From NCBI GenBank assembly GCA_963813715.1, contig CAWFAK010000007.1, forward strand, positions 32,001-96,000: a stretch of 64,000 nucleotides of DNA, in the 5' to 3' direction. Both the position numbers and the translations under genes were made by a program. The notes beneath the pieces are model-generated. The model was not told the DNA's origin and did no database searches. It saw only the letters and a list, made by a program, of their open reading frames with translations. This DNA comes from an uncultured Planctomycetaceae bacterium. Its GTDB lineage: Bacteria > Planctomycetota > Planctomycetia > Planctomycetales > Planctomycetaceae. This document shows, piece by piece, positions 50,861-62,538 of this stretch (positions within the stretch are counted from its first letter, which is position 1; each line of letters begins with the position of its first letter).

Positions 50861-51871
50861 TCAATTCATCACAACGACAGCGTCGGTCATCATGTCGTGC
50901 AGGGCCTGCCGGCGGGGCGTCATGAGAGGCATGACAAACCCCATGCCGCAGATCGCCAGCGACGCGAGCTTGGCCAGCGTGCGAATGGCGGCTCGGGCGA
51001 ACGTCAGGCGGCGGCCGTCGGCTCCGCAGACGAACATCCGCATGGCCCGCTTGCCGATCGTGGCTTGCTCGCGCGAACTCTCCAGAGCCGCACTGTAGAA
51101 GAACCAGATGAAGAAGAACGCCTGCCACGACTCGCCGCGAAGCACGACCCCCACCACGGCCGAGGCGAGCGACACGATCACCAGGTCGATCGCCGCCGCA
51201 AGCGACCGCCGGAAAAATCCCGCAAACTCGAGCGGGTAGGCGGCCGGGCTGAGCGGCACGCCGCACGCCACGCAATACGCCGCACCCTGGGCCGCCGGCT
51301 GACCACACCGCGGACACGCGTGCAGACCCGAGGGACCGAAAGTCGGCGCCCCTGGGCCGCGCGACACCGCCGCTCCCCGTATGAAAGCCGAGCCGATCAC
51401 CGCCGCGGGGGACATCGGCATAAAGCCGCCAGAACCCGCGGCATCATGTGGGTTAGCCGAGACATGTGAGTCCGGTGCAGTCGGCGAGACGGCTGCGGGC
51501 GGTGCGCTCGGCGACGCGGGCCCGTCGACCGGCGGCGCTGGGGGCACGCTTGGCGGAAGAGGAAAACCACCCGGACCGGCCGTGTAACCGCTGTAGGGCG
51601 AGGCGCTCGGTGCCGGCGTGCCGACCGGCGCAATGCGGTCATACGGCGACGCGGGCGCGCTTGGACCGGGAGTCGGCGCGTTCGACCAGGCGACCGTCCC
51701 CGCCAGCTCGGCCGAGCGGTGGGCCGGGCCGGACGAAACGGAGACGGGCTCGCTCGTGGCGGGGACTGTGATCAGGTCGCTGCAGGAGGGGCACTTCGCC
51801 AACGCCAGCACGCGCGACTCGGTGGTCGTCAGCAGTTTGCCGCAGCGCGGACAATTAAACTCGATCGCCAC
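50861..51871 (-). CDS. RDD family membrane protein with zinc ribbons and Pro-rich linker
   Basis: CPRC/CPSC and CPRC/CVAC; FAGFFRRSLAAAID, QATIGKRAM and RQALHDMM. Confidence 0.9.
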   Translation of the reverse strand: MAIEFNCPRCGKLLTTTESRVLALAKCPSCSDLITVPATSEPVSVSSGPAHRSAELAGTVAWSNAPTPGPSAPASPYDRIAPVGTPAPSASPYSGYTAGPGGFPLPPSVPPAPPVDGPASPSAPPAAVSPTAPDSHVSANPHDAAGSGGFMPMSPAAVIGSAFIRGAAVSRGPGAPTFGPSGLHACPRCGQPAAQGAAYCVACGVPLSPAAYPLEFAGFFRRSLAAAIDLVIVSLASAVVGVVLRGESWQAFFFIWFFYSAALESSREQATIGKRAMRMFVCGADGRRLTFARAAIRTLAKLASLAICGMGFVMPLMTPRRQALHDMMTDAVVVMN

Positions 51872-51873
51872 AC

Positions 51874-52626
51874 TCAGGTTCCGCTCATCGCCTCGGCCAT
51901 GATCTCGTCGGGGATATTGTAATTGGCCGTCACGCTTTGGACATCGTCCTGGTCTTCGAGCGCTTCGATCAACTTCAACATCCGCCGGCTGTTGTCCGCG
52001 TCGAGATCGACGGTGCTGGCGGGAACCCGCTGGAGTTCCCCGACCTCGACCGGGATTTTGGCCGCCTCGAGAGCGTCGGCAACTTTGTGAAACGATTCGG
52101 GCGCACAGAGCACTTCGTACGACTCGCCCGAGAGCTTGACGTCGTCGGCCCCCGCGTCGATCGCCGCGCTATACAGGGTATTCTCGTCGACGTGCTTGGC
52201 GGGGACCAGAAAGACCCCCTTGCGCTCGAACATCCAGGCCACGCAGCCGACGCTCCCCAGCCGGCCGCCGCGGACCTCGAAGATCTTGCGGATCTCGCCT
52301 GCCGTGCGGTTGCGGTTTTCCGTGAGGATGTCGCAGAGGACGGCCACGCCGCCGGGGCCGTAACCCTCGTAGACGACTTCGCTATACGACTCGTCGGTGC
52401 CGCCGCAGCCCTTCTTGATCGCCCGCTCGATGTTGTCCTTGGGCATGCTGGCTTTGCGGGCCTTGTCGATGGCGTACCGCAGGGCCAGATTCGACGCCGG
52501 GTCGGCGCCGCCGTGCTGCGCCGCCACGATCAGCGCGCGGCTCAGCTTGCCGAAGAGTTTGCCCTTCAGCTTGTCCGCGCGCCCCTTCTTGATCGCGATG
52601 TTTGCCCAATGGGAATGGCCGGCCAT
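51874..52626 (-). CDS. yebC: YebC/PmpR family protein
   Basis: MAGHSHWANI, MPKDNIERAIKK, YEGYGPGG and LEDQDDVQSV. Confidence 0.96.
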   Translation of the reverse strand: MAGHSHWANIAIKKGRADKLKGKLFGKLSRALIVAAQHGGADPASNLALRYAIDKARKASMPKDNIERAIKKGCGGTDESYSEVVYEGYGPGGVAVLCDILTENRNRTAGEIRKIFEVRGGRLGSVGCVAWMFERKGVFLVPAKHVDENTLYSAAIDAGADDVKLSGESYEVLCAPESFHKVADALEAAKIPVEVGELQRVPASTVDLDADNSRRMLKLIEALEDQDDVQSVTANYNIPDEIMAEAMSGT

Positions 52627-52781
52627 AGCTCTCTCACGTCAGCCCGCAGCCCCGCTTGCACGGAGCGTGTGACAAGGTCGCTGAAAGCGACCACAGGCAC
52701 ACCATCTTTTCCCTGTTCCGGTCCGCAGGACCATCGAATCGGAATGGGGTGCCTTCGACCGCAATGCGGCCTCGTCACACC

Positions 52782-55060
52782 TTACTTCGCCGAGTGCTGT
52801 CCGAGTTTTTCCTCCAGACGCTGGATCAGTTTTGCGTCGGGATACGGGTCGTCCTTGGCGTCTTTGATCGCCTTCTGCCAGGCGTCCTTCGCCTTGTCCG
52901 GTTTGTTCATCTTGGCATAGCAGTCGCCCAAGTGTTCGGAGATTGTCGCGTCCGCGCCACCCGGGGCGGCGGCCGCCTTTTCGAGGAAGGTTTTCGCCTC
53001 TTCCACGCGACCCAGCTTCAAGAGCACCCAACCCATGCTGTCGAGATAGGCGACGTTGTCCGGATCCGACTTGAGCGCGATCTTGATCATCCCTTCGGCA
53101 CGCTCCAGGTTCTTGCCCTGGTCGGCGTAGAGATAACCCAGGTCGTTGTTGACCGACGGCTCCTTCGGATCCTCGACCAGCACCTCCTCCAGGATCTTCT
53201 GGCCGGTCGGCACGTCGCCCTTGAGCACGTAGCAGTTCGACAGAGCGAACTGGCAGCGGCGGACGAACTCCTTGCTCTTCGTGTACCGCTTGATCAGGTC
53301 GCCGTAGCGTCGGATCGCTTCCGGCCACTGGTGGCTGTGCGAGTAGACCCAGGCTTCCCAGTACAAAAGCTCTTCGTCGTTATCGAGCTTCTGGGCTTCG
53401 CGAATCGAAGCGAGCGAGTCCTGCGTTTTGCCGGCCAGCTCCTGCGCCCGCGAGAGCAAAGCCAACAGCTCGACGCGCACCAAATCGCCTTCGTTGCCGC
53501 TGGGGAACAAGGGCTCGGCGAGCACCTTTTTCAGGATCTCTGCGGCCTGGCTGTAGCGCTTCATCAGCACGAGATGCTTGGCGATCTCGTCGGCCAATCG
53601 GGGCGCCGCCTCGCGACGGTCCTGCATGGCCATGTTGTAGAACTCGATGGCCGCGTCGGTCCGTTGCGTCTTGGCCGCCAGCCGGCCGACGAGATAAGCC
53701 GTGAAGAAGTCGATCTTGGCCTTTTCGGACGCCTTCATCTTGCGGGCCGCCGCGATCAGGCTGTCCACCAGCGGGGCGTCCGTCTGCATTTCGGAGAGCA
53801 AAACGTCGAGCCGGTCGAGGCCCCGCTGACCCTGGAAACCCTTGGCGAGCACGTCGAGCAGCTGCTCGGGCTTGTGCTGCTTGCGATAAGAGCAGCCAGG
53901 CCGACAAAACCTTCCGGATTGCCCGTGTCCTTGAGGACGTCGTTGATCAGCTTTTCGGCGTCTTTCAACCGGCCGGCCTCGATGTACTGGTCGGCCAAAA
54001 AGTATTGCAGCGTGCTGTTGCGGCTGTCGTTCTTGGCCAGCTCTTCAACGCGGTGCAAGAACTCCGAATCTTTGCCCGTGGCCTTCAAGATGGCGTGCAA
54101 CAGCTCGTAGGGATGCCGACCCTTTCCCTGCAATTGCGCGTCGAGATAGGTCTGCAAATGGGTGAGGGCCGCGTCGTACTTCTTGGCTTTGAAGTAGGCC
54201 TGGGCCAGATTGAAGCTGATCGCGCCGGGCTTGCCGTTTCGCGACTGAATGGCTTCCTCGAACGCCTGGATGGCTTGCTGCGTGCGGCCGGCCACCAGGA
54301 AGATTTCGCCCATCGCCTCGAACCGGGCCAGTCCCTCGCGCTCGAGCATCGAGCGGGTCTGGAAGTCGAGATTGTATTTGCCTGGGTTGCGGCGGGCGTC
54401 GAACACGACCGTGTAGGCGTCGGCCGCCTTGTCGATCTTCCGCATCTCCATCTCGAGGGTGGCCAGCTGCAGGTGCAAGATCACGTAGCTCGCCGAGTCG
54501 TGTTTCAGCTGCGTCGACTTGATCGCCCGTTCGAGGTAGTCGGCCGCCTTCTCGAGCTTTTGCGCCTCGCGGAGCTGGGTGGCCAGGATCTTCAGGATCT
54601 CGAGGTTCTGCGGATCGAGCTCGATCGCCTTCTGGGCGTAATCGAGCCCCTTTTCGGTCTCGTTGAGAGCAAACGCCAGCGGCACCAGCTCGCGATAGAC
54701 GTCGACCGCCTTCGGGTCGATCTTGATCGCCGCCTGGTAGTCGGCCAAAGCGTCGGTGAAGCGGCTCTGGTCGGCCTTGAGCTTGCCCGACATGAAGAGC
54801 GCAAGCGCCTCGGCGTGCTTCTTTTGCTCGGGCGTTTCGTCTTTCTTGGGCTTCAGCTCGGCAAGGGGATTGCCGAACTCGTCTTTGATGATCGGTTTGC
54901 CCGCGGGCTTTTTGGCCTTGGGCGGCGCCGTCTGCGGCGCCTTGGGGGCGTCCGGTTCCTGGGCCGACAGCCGAACGGGAACAGCCAGCAACCCGGCCGA
55001 CACACCGCTCAAGAGGACACCGAACACACCGACTTTTGCCAGGCGATAGTAGTTGGCCAT
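52782..55060 (-). CDS. Exported multi-TPR protein (one frameshift near 53880)
   Basis: Signal peptide, tandem TPRs, and NNDLGYLYAD...AYLDSMGWV...EHLGD. Confidence 0.88.
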
Positions 55061-55119
55061 TCTCCCGTCCTTAGTGGAGGTCTGTCGCCCGAGAGGGGCG
55101 GCTAAAGGGTGGCACATTT

Positions 55120-55187
55120 TTAGATGGCACACGGTTTTAGGTGGCACGCTGTATTAGATGACAGACTGTATTAGATGCCAGACTGTG
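55120..55187. repeat. Four tandem imperfect 17-bp repeats
   Basis: TTAGATGGCACACGGTT / TTAGGTGGCACGCTGTA / TTAGATGACAGACTGTA / TTAGATGCCAGACTGTG. Confidence 0.85.
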
Positions 55188-55435
55188 CGCGTGAAAACTT
55201 CCCGGGGCGGCGCTGTCCGCAGACGCATGTCGTTACGTCGCGGCTGGTTCACCGGGCACGATCGCGATCCAACCGGCCAAAGCGCAGAGCTGTCTGGGCC
55301 GCAAGCTCCATCCCGCAGTCGAGGCCCCCCGGGGCCAGCTTCATTTTAGTCGCCAACCGCCGAGGCACCAAGGCGGGTTTGGGGTTACTACGTTTTCGGC
55401 GCCGGGGGGTGGCACTGGCGGCTCGTTGATGGCTC

Positions 55436-55700
55436 TCAAAACCAGTACTGATGCATCCGGCTCAGCAGGTCTTCCGTGAGGGGATAGCCACACGCGTCCC
55501 CCAAGACCGAATCGATCCCACATTTCGGGCAAAGGGCGGTTTGGCCACGCTTTATCATTCACCCACTCGACCACCGCCGACGGCGCAAACATCTCGCCGC
55601 AATAGAAACAGCCACACTGAGCGCCGACCATCAGCTCGTCGCGGTTCTGAAACGAGTGCTTATGAGCGGCGATGTGGTCCGCGGGTTCCGCGTCACTCAT
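55436..55700 (-). CDS. Small Cys-rich (probably Zn-binding) hypothetical protein (one frameshift)
   Basis: AHKHSFQNR...CGCFYC...EW, then TALCPKCGIDSVLGDACGYPLTEDLLSRMHQYWF*. Confidence 0.75.
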
Positions 55701-55758
55701 GCCACGATTGTAGCGCGCTCTGCGCTAAAGCGTCGTTGCCGCAGGATTGCTCTCAGTG

Positions 55759-55857
55759 GGGTGGCACTGGCGGCTCGTCCGCCAGTGGTTTTTCTTAGTG
55801 CGTCAAGACACTGGCGGACAAGCCGCCAGTGCCACCCGTCGAAGTCCAGTGCCACCC
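55759..55857. repeat. GGGTGGCACTGGCGG family element, copy 2 (with extra partial arm; a half copy lies at 55407-55426)
   Basis: Same arms as 50754-50841. Confidence 0.85.
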
Positions 55858-55879
55858 GCGAACCGGTGATTGAACGCGG

Positions 55880-56729
55880 CTACCGCTTCTTGCGCCGCCG
55901 GCACGCGGTGGCCGTCGCGGGGTCGGGGTTTGGCGGCCGCGGCGTGGCCGTGGCCGTCGGTGCCGCGGGGCTGGGGACGGGCGGGTGGTTTCTTGCCCGC
56001 TTTGCGGGCGGCCGAGTCCGCCTCCTTGAAGAGGTCGGCCAGTCGCTCGATCATCGTCTGCGGGTCGCCCGGCGGGTGGGCCTTCGACGGCTCGAAGTAT
56101 TTCACCAGCCGCGGATCGACGGCCAGGCAGCGGAGGTAGTGGACGAAGACGGCCACGTCGACCTTGCGGGCCGCCGACTTGAGCGATTCGGCCGCATGCT
56201 CGGGCGACTCGCCCGCCGGCACAAAACCGAGCCAGATGGCGGCGTTGGTCATCAGCCGATCGACGGGCACGACGTGCGTCTCGAGCGCCGTCTGCAGGGC
56301 GAAATTGCGGACGAACGGCGACAGGTCGCGAATCTTAAAGAGCTGCTTGGTCGCCAGCTCCAGCGTCTTGCGGCGAAGCCCCTCCAGGGCGAACTCGAAA
56401 TGCTTTTCGAACACGTACTGCAGGACGTTGCGGACGCGGTGCGCCCGCCAGTCGGCGTCGGGCATGCCGTTAAAGACGTGGTGCACGAGCTCGGTGATCG
56501 AGCTGACACGCAGCTCGTTGAGGTCGTGAAAGGCGCTCCAGAGCCGTTCGTATGCCCCATCCGCCTGCCCCGTCGACGTGTCTTCGAGGCAGACGGCGTA
56601 GAGCAGAGTTTCCAGCACGGGCCGGTCGTACTTGGGGACCGGCTCGTGATACCGCTTCTTCAAGACCGACACGAGCTTCTTGCCCAGCGTCAGCTTGTCG
56701 ACCGATTTGGCTTTGTGCGTGCTCGTCAT
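55880..56729 (-). CDS. Hypothetical protein with degenerate endonuclease III/HhH-GPD-like fold
   Basis: [29 protein letters not shown] and HVVPVD...AIWLG, with a basic tail. The tracked 621-aa ORF fuses it to rbfA only through an indel. Confidence 0.7.
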
Positions 56730-56794
56730 ATTCAGTTTCGTTCTCCGGTGGCCGCGATCTGACGGCCAGTCACCTCGGAACAGGTGGGAACAGG

Positions 56795-57398
56795 CTACGG
56801 CTGGGGGTTGGCTTTTGTGCGATCCTGGTGTTCGTCGGTCGAGTGAAGCTCTTCGGTCTGGTGGATGTCGCCAGGGGATGCGGCTTCGGACGAGGAGTCG
56901 CCGCTGGCAGCGGCATCCAACGGCGGCATCCTCATCTTCCGGCAGGTCGGACTCCTCTTCGTCGTCCGCCTCCTTGTCGAGCGAATCCTCGTCCGTCAGC
57001 GAATCGTCGTCTGTCAGCAAGTCGTCATCATCGGTCTCAGCATCGGTCTCAGCCGGAGGCGGGAGCACCTCGCGGAGCAGGCGCGAGGCCTCGATGCTTT
57101 TCTTCACTCCCTGGTCGAGCTCGAAATGCAAGATCGGGGTATAGCGGATTTGCACGCGTTCCGCGAGTTTTGCCTGCAGGAATCCGCGGGCCGATTGCAA
57201 ACCGTGCAGCGAGAGCCGCTGCATCTTCTCATCGCCCATCACCGAGACGTAGACCTTGGCGCTGCGGAGGTCGGGACTGACCTCGACGCGGGTCACGGTT
57301 ACGTTCTTGACGCGCGGATCCTTCAGGCCGAACAGGATCGTCGTGGCGACCTGCTCGCGAACGGCTTCGGCGACTTTCGCGGTGCGACGCGACCCCAT
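56795..57398 (-). CDS. rbfA: Ribosome-binding factor A with long acidic tail
   Basis: [39 protein letters not shown] and [11 protein letters not shown]. Confidence 0.95.
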
Positions 57399-57790
57399 CG
57401 AAAATTCCTTGGACTGCCCGGCTCGGCGTATGCGCGTGTGGCCCGATTCGGTGCGGGCAAATTCGGTGCGACTCGGTTCGGTGCGGTGCGGGTCGGTTCG
57501 GTCAGGCTCGGTTGGGTTAAGGCGGGCGGCCGCGGCCCCGGCAAACGCTCGCCCGCGGCCGATGGCGAAGGCGGAATCGACGGCGGGCGGGCAAACGGAC
57601 GAGACGGCGCGACCCGCGAACGACGACTGACTCGGCGCACGATCGGTTAACCGGCTGGAGTGCGTCATTCCGTCCTACGTCCTGCTCCACCACCACCCCG
57701 GGCTCCCTGCCCGGTTACCATCACCCCGGGCCCCGCGCCCAGGCAACCGACACGAAGGCGACCTTCCTGGGCGCCCCGCCAGGCGAAGGC

Positions 57791-60634
57791 CTATTCGAGC
57801 TTCCGCTTGATCTCGTCGACCCGATACCCCTCGAGCAAATCCCCTTCTTTGATGTCGTTGAAACCTTCGAGCCGAATACCGCATTCCATGCCTTCGCGAA
57901 CTTCGCGGGCATCGTCCTTCCCCCGCTTAAGCGAGGCAATCTCGTAGGTGTTGAGCACCGTCTGGTCCCGGCTGACGCTGATCCGGTTGGACCGCTCGAT
58001 CGTGCCGCTGAGCACGCGGCAGCCGGCGATCGTTCCCAGGCGGCTGATCTGGAACGTTTTGAGCACGAGCGCCCGGCCGGTCATCACCTGCTTCCGCTCG
58101 GGCAGCAACAAGCCTTCCAGGCTCAGCCGAATCGTCTCCGTGACCTCGTAAATGATGTCGTACCGCTTGATGTCGACGCCCACCCGCTCGGCCAGGGCGC
58201 GAGCCCGCTCTTCCGGAACGACGTGGAAGGCGATGATGATCGCGTGCGAAGCCTCGGCCAGCGAAACGTCGCTCTCGTTCACGCCGCCGACGCCTTCGTG
58301 CACGATCTGCACGCGGACTTCCGGATGCGTGAACTTGCCGATCTCGCTCCGCAGCGCCTCGATCGAGCCTTGCGAGTCGGCCTTGATGATCAGCGGCAGA
58401 TCCTGCACGCTGCCTTCGCGGGCCGCCGACAGAATGTCTTCCATCGACCGGGGCCGATCGCGTCCGCTGAGCGTCGCCGCCCGGCCGCGCTGCCGGCGCT
58501 CCTGCACCATGGCGCGGGCCTGCTCGATATCGTGCATCACCGAGAAGCGGTCGCCCGCGCCGGGCATGCTGTCGAGCCCGGCCACCTTGACGGGCGCCGA
58601 CGGGCCGGCCGACTCGATCGGCCGATCGTGATCGTCGTAGATCGCGCGGATGCGGCCTTCCGCCTCGCCGCAGAGGACGATGTCGCCCACTCGCAGCGTT
58701 CCCTTTTGGACGACGAACCAGGCGAGCACGCCCCGCCCCTCGTCGCGAAACGCCTCGAGACAGACGCCGACGGCCGGACGGTCCGGATTGACCTTGAGGC
58801 CCCGCATTTCGGTGCTGAGCAGAATCGTTTCCAAGAGGTCGTCGATGCCGCGGCCGGTGACTCCGGAGGTGCGAATCACGTCGGTCTCGCCGCCCCATTC
58901 GGTGGGCTGCACGTGATTGGTGGCCAGGTCCTGCAGAATTCGCTGCACTTTCTGCTCGGTCGCCTGCGGGAGATCGCTCTTGTTGAGGGCGACGATCATC
59001 GGCACGTTGGCCGCCCGCGCGTGGCTGATGCACTCGACCGTTTGCGGCATGACGCCGTCGTCGGCCGCGACGACCAGCACGACAATGTCGGTCAGGTTCG
59101 CGCCGCGGGCCCGCATCTCGGAGAAGGCCGCGTGGCCCGGCGTATCGACGAACGTGATCTTCTTGCCGCCGTGCTCGACCTGGTAGGCGGCGATGTGCTG
59201 GGTGATGCCGCCAGCCTCCCCCGCGGCCACGTTGGCCGAGCGGATTTTGTCCAAGAGCGTCGTCTTGCCGTGGTCGACGTGACCCAGGATGGTGACGATG
59301 GGCGGACGATCGACCAGGTTCTCGGGCGCTTCGGCGCTTCGGTCTCTTCGACCAGTTCCTGTTCGAGGTCCTTCGCCTTGCGGATGGTCAGGTCCACGCC
59401 GATTTCCATGGCCAGCTCCAATGCCGTCTCTTCGGAGAGGGTCTGGTTGATGGTCGTCATCTCCCCCCGCTCGAAGAGAATCCGCATCAGGTCCTTGGCC
59501 GGACGGCCCGAGGGCTTCCGACAGCGAGCGCATCGTGATGGGAGGCACCAGCTCGGCCGCCGTTTTCAAGCTGACGGGCTCGGTCCGCCCCCGCTGCCGA
59601 AAGCGGATCGGCCGCTTCTTGCGTTCGGGCTCGCCACGGTCCTGCGACCGCTTCCAGTTCTCGCGGCGATCGCGCGGGCCGACAACCGCCGCTCGCTTGT
59701 CTTTGTCTTCTTCTTCGCCGATGAAGCTCGTCGAACTGACGGCTCCGGGAGGCCCGGGCTCGTCGCCCTTCTTGCGGCGCTTTCTTCTGCTCGGCGTTTT
59801 TGTTGAGATGGTCGCGGAGCGGACTGTTCTCGCCGAAGATGTCCGGCGAAAGAGGAATATCCGGCTTCTGGGCCGGCGCTTCCTCTTTCTTGTTCGTGCG
59901 GTTCACCGGCGCCCGGTAGTTGGGCGGCGCGGCGATCGACGGCAGCGCGGGCTTCGGCTTGGCCTTGGGCCGGCGCTGCTGTCCTTGCTCGTCGACGATA
60001 CTGCCGCGCGGCTTCATCTCGCGGATGGACGAGCCGGCGCGGCGCCGCCGCCCGGAGCGATATAGTCGTCGGGACGCATCGGCGTGGCCGTACGCGGTGC
60101 GGACTCGGGCGCGAGCGCGGGCGAGGCTTCCTCAGGCGCTGCGCCCGGAGCCGTGCGACGCAGCGGGCCGCCGGCGCTGGGCGGCGACGCGGGCGGTTCT
60201 TCCACCGCCGCGCTCGACGCGGCCACGGTCGGCGGCGGCGTTTCGACGGGCGGACTGATTTCGGTGTCGACGGCCGGACGCGCTTCCGGCGCGGGAGCCT
60301 CCGGTGCGACCTCCACCGCGACCGTGCCACGATCGCGGGCCAGCGGCGGACGGGAAACGACCGGCTTGATGCTGCGGATTTTGCCCGCGTCGCGCATGGG
60401 GTCGCGCGCGAAAGGCGTCATCTGGACGTCTTCGGTGGCCGGCGCCGCCACGGCGCTCGGGCTCCCCTTTTTCATCTGCTGCAGAACGCGATCGCGTTCC
60501 TCCGGCGAAATGCTGGCCAGAGGAGAGTTCTTCAACTTGATCCCTGCGGCGTTGCAGTGTTCGATCAAGTCCTTGCTATCGATCCCCAGCTCTTTCGCCA
60601 GGGCGAAGATACGAATCTTCAAATCCATCGCCAC
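57791..60634 (-). CDS. infB: Translation initiation factor IF-2 (several frameshifts in the N-terminal half)
   Basis: [55 protein letters not shown] and GMECGI. Confidence 0.97.
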
Positions 60635-60753
60635 AAATTTCGTCCTTCCGGCAGGTCGTTGGCCTGCCGATCATCAGCCTGCCTGTGTGATATGCATAGT
60701 CCGCCCAAATACGGTTCGCCCAAAAACGGGCTTCGTTCCTGGCCGTAACCCGG

Positions 60754-62382
60754 CTAACCCGCTCCCTCTTCACCGTGCCCAGTGTGGCCATGCCCACCGT
60801 GGCCGTGGCCCCCCTCCGTCACCGAAGCCTGCTCGCTGATTTCCGCCTCCGTTTCGGGAGGCATTTCTGGCTCCGTTTCGGGAGGCTCCGGAGCCGCGTC
60901 GGCCGCCTCGTCGGCAATCTCGCCGCTGGCTTCCGTCATCTCGTCGAGCACCGTCGCGGCCAGCGTCGGCGGTTCTTGTCCGTTGTCCGCGCCGGAATGG
61001 GCTGCTTCCTCGGCGAGCGCCTCGTCGTGCAGCTCGTCCTCGTGCAGTTCCGCCTCGTTCAGTTCGTCGGTCACCTCGGCCCCGACGGCAGCCTCAGCGT
61101 CATCCCCCTCCGCCTTCGGAGCGCCGTTGCCCCCCGCAATGGCCGGCTCGGCCGGGGCTTCGACCACGACCACCGGTTCGGGCTGCTTGAAGCGGCCTTC
61201 CGCGATCGCCCGCCGCTCCTCTTCCTCGACCCGCGCCGCTTCTTCGTCGGCGTAGGCCACAATCTCTTCGCACTGCTCGGCCGTCAGTCCGCCCAGTTCG
61301 GCCAACTGGTCGGGCTCGATCACCGACAAGTCGTCGAACGTGAAGAAGCCCTGCGCGACCAGGTTCTCCGCCAGCTCGCCGCTCACCGACGGAACCTTCG
61401 AGAACATGCCGACCGACTTGTCGAGCTGCTCGTCGAGCTTCTTCTGGTTCATCACGTGGATGTCCCAGCCGACGAGCTTCGACGCCAGCCGCACGTTCTG
61501 CCCCTTCTTGCCGATCGCCAGCGACAGCTGATCGTCCGGCACGAGCACGATCACCTTGCCCAGCATGGGGCACAAGATGACGTCCTCGACCTCGGCCGGC
61601 TGCAGGGCGTTGGGCACCAGCACCTGCAGCGAGTCGTTCCAGCGGACGATGTCGATGCGCTCGCCGGCCAGCTCTTCCACCACGTTCTTGATCCGCGAAC
61701 CACGGACGCCGACGCACGCCCCGACGCAATCGATCTTGCTGTCATAGCAGGAGACGGCGACCTTCGAGCGGTAACCGGCCTCGCGAGCCAGCGACCGCAC
61801 CTCGATGATCCGCTCCTGCACCTCGGGAATTTCAATTTCAAACAGACGGCGGACCATTTCCGGATGCGTCCGCGACAGGATGATTCGCACGCGGCTGCCC
61901 GCCTTGCGGACGTCGATCACCACGGCCCGCACGCGTTCGCCGACGCGGTGCGACTCGCCCGGAATCTGCTCGCCGCGCGGCAACAGCCCCTCGACCTTGC
62001 CGAGGTTGACGGTGGCGGTACCCCCTTCGATGCGGGTGATCGAGCCGGTGACGATGTGGCCGCGGAGTGCTTCGTATTCATCGAACAGCGCGTCGCGTTC
62101 GGCCTCGCGAATCTTCTGGATGATGACTTGCTTGGCGGTCTGGGCGGCAATGCGGCCCAACAGGTCGCCGATTTCGTCTTTTTCGAGCGGCTTGGCGTCG
62201 ACAATCACCGAGGGTTCGCCGCTCTCGCGATCGATGTGGACTTCGAGCGGGCTTTCCTCGCCGAAGTGTTTGCGTGCCGCGGAGATGATCGCCTGCTCGA
62301 TCCCTTCGAAAACGATCTCCTTGTCGATGTTTTTGTCGCGATGAATCGCGTCGACAATTCTGAGGACCTCGCTGCCGTTCAT
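60754..62382 (-). CDS. nusA: Transcription termination factor NusA
   Basis: [41 protein letters not shown] and [21 protein letters not shown]. Confidence 0.97.
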   Translation of the reverse strand: MNGSEVLRIVDAIHRDKNIDKEIVFEGIEQAIISAARKHFGEESPLEVHIDRESGEPSVIVDAKPLEKDEIGDLLGRIAAQTAKQVIIQKIREAERDALFDEYEALRGHIVTGSITRIEGGTATVNLGKVEGLLPRGEQIPGESHRVGERVRAVVIDVRKAGSRVRIILSRTHPEMVRRLFEIEIPEVQERIIEVRSLAREAGYRSKVAVSCYDSKIDCVGACVGVRGSRIKNVVEELAGERIDIVRWNDSLQVLVPNALQPAEVEDVILCPMLGKVIVLVPDDQLSLAIGKKGQNVRLASKLVGWDIHVMNQKKLDEQLDKSVGMFSKVPSVSGELAENLVAQGFFTFDDLSVIEPDQLAELGGLTAEQCEEIVAYADEEAARVEEEERRAIAEGRFKQPEPVVVVEAPAEPAIAGGNGAPKAEGDDAEAAVGAEVTDELNEAELHEDELHDEALAEEAAHSGADNGQEPPTLAATVLDEMTEASGEIADEAADAAPEPPETEPEMPPETEAEISEQASVTEGGHGHGGHGHTGHGEEGAG

Positions 62383-62506
62383 GTTATTCCTTCCGCAACC
62401 GGTCGGCGGGCGGCCCGCCCGTCTTCCCCCAATGCCAGCTCACTCTCACCCGCCCGCCCGTCTCAGCCACCCCCTTTTTGGGGACCGGCCGACCGGGCCG
62501 TTGGAA

Positions 62507-62538
62507 CAAAAAAAGCGGGCTCAAGTCCCACTTTTTTG
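62507..62538 (-). promoter_or_regulatory. nusA leader terminator/attenuator hairpin (rimP-leader-like)
   Basis: Minus strand AAAAAAGTGGGACTTGAGCCCGCTTTTTTT, about 125 nt upstream of nusA. Confidence 0.7.

Noticed and set aside
55120..55187. CRISPR array
   Set aside because: The units are 17 bp and head-to-tail with no spacers, and no cas genes are in the window.
57445..57520. CGGTT/CGGTG pentamer run upstream of rbfA
   Set aside because: A degenerate low-complexity repeat with no supportable function; the TEPDR-like translation is not convincing.
55803..57668. 621-aa RbfA fusion protein
   Set aside because: An alternative frame gives a natural acidic RbfA tail ending at 56795, and the downstream gene has its own ATG at 56729. 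The fusion is an indel artefact.
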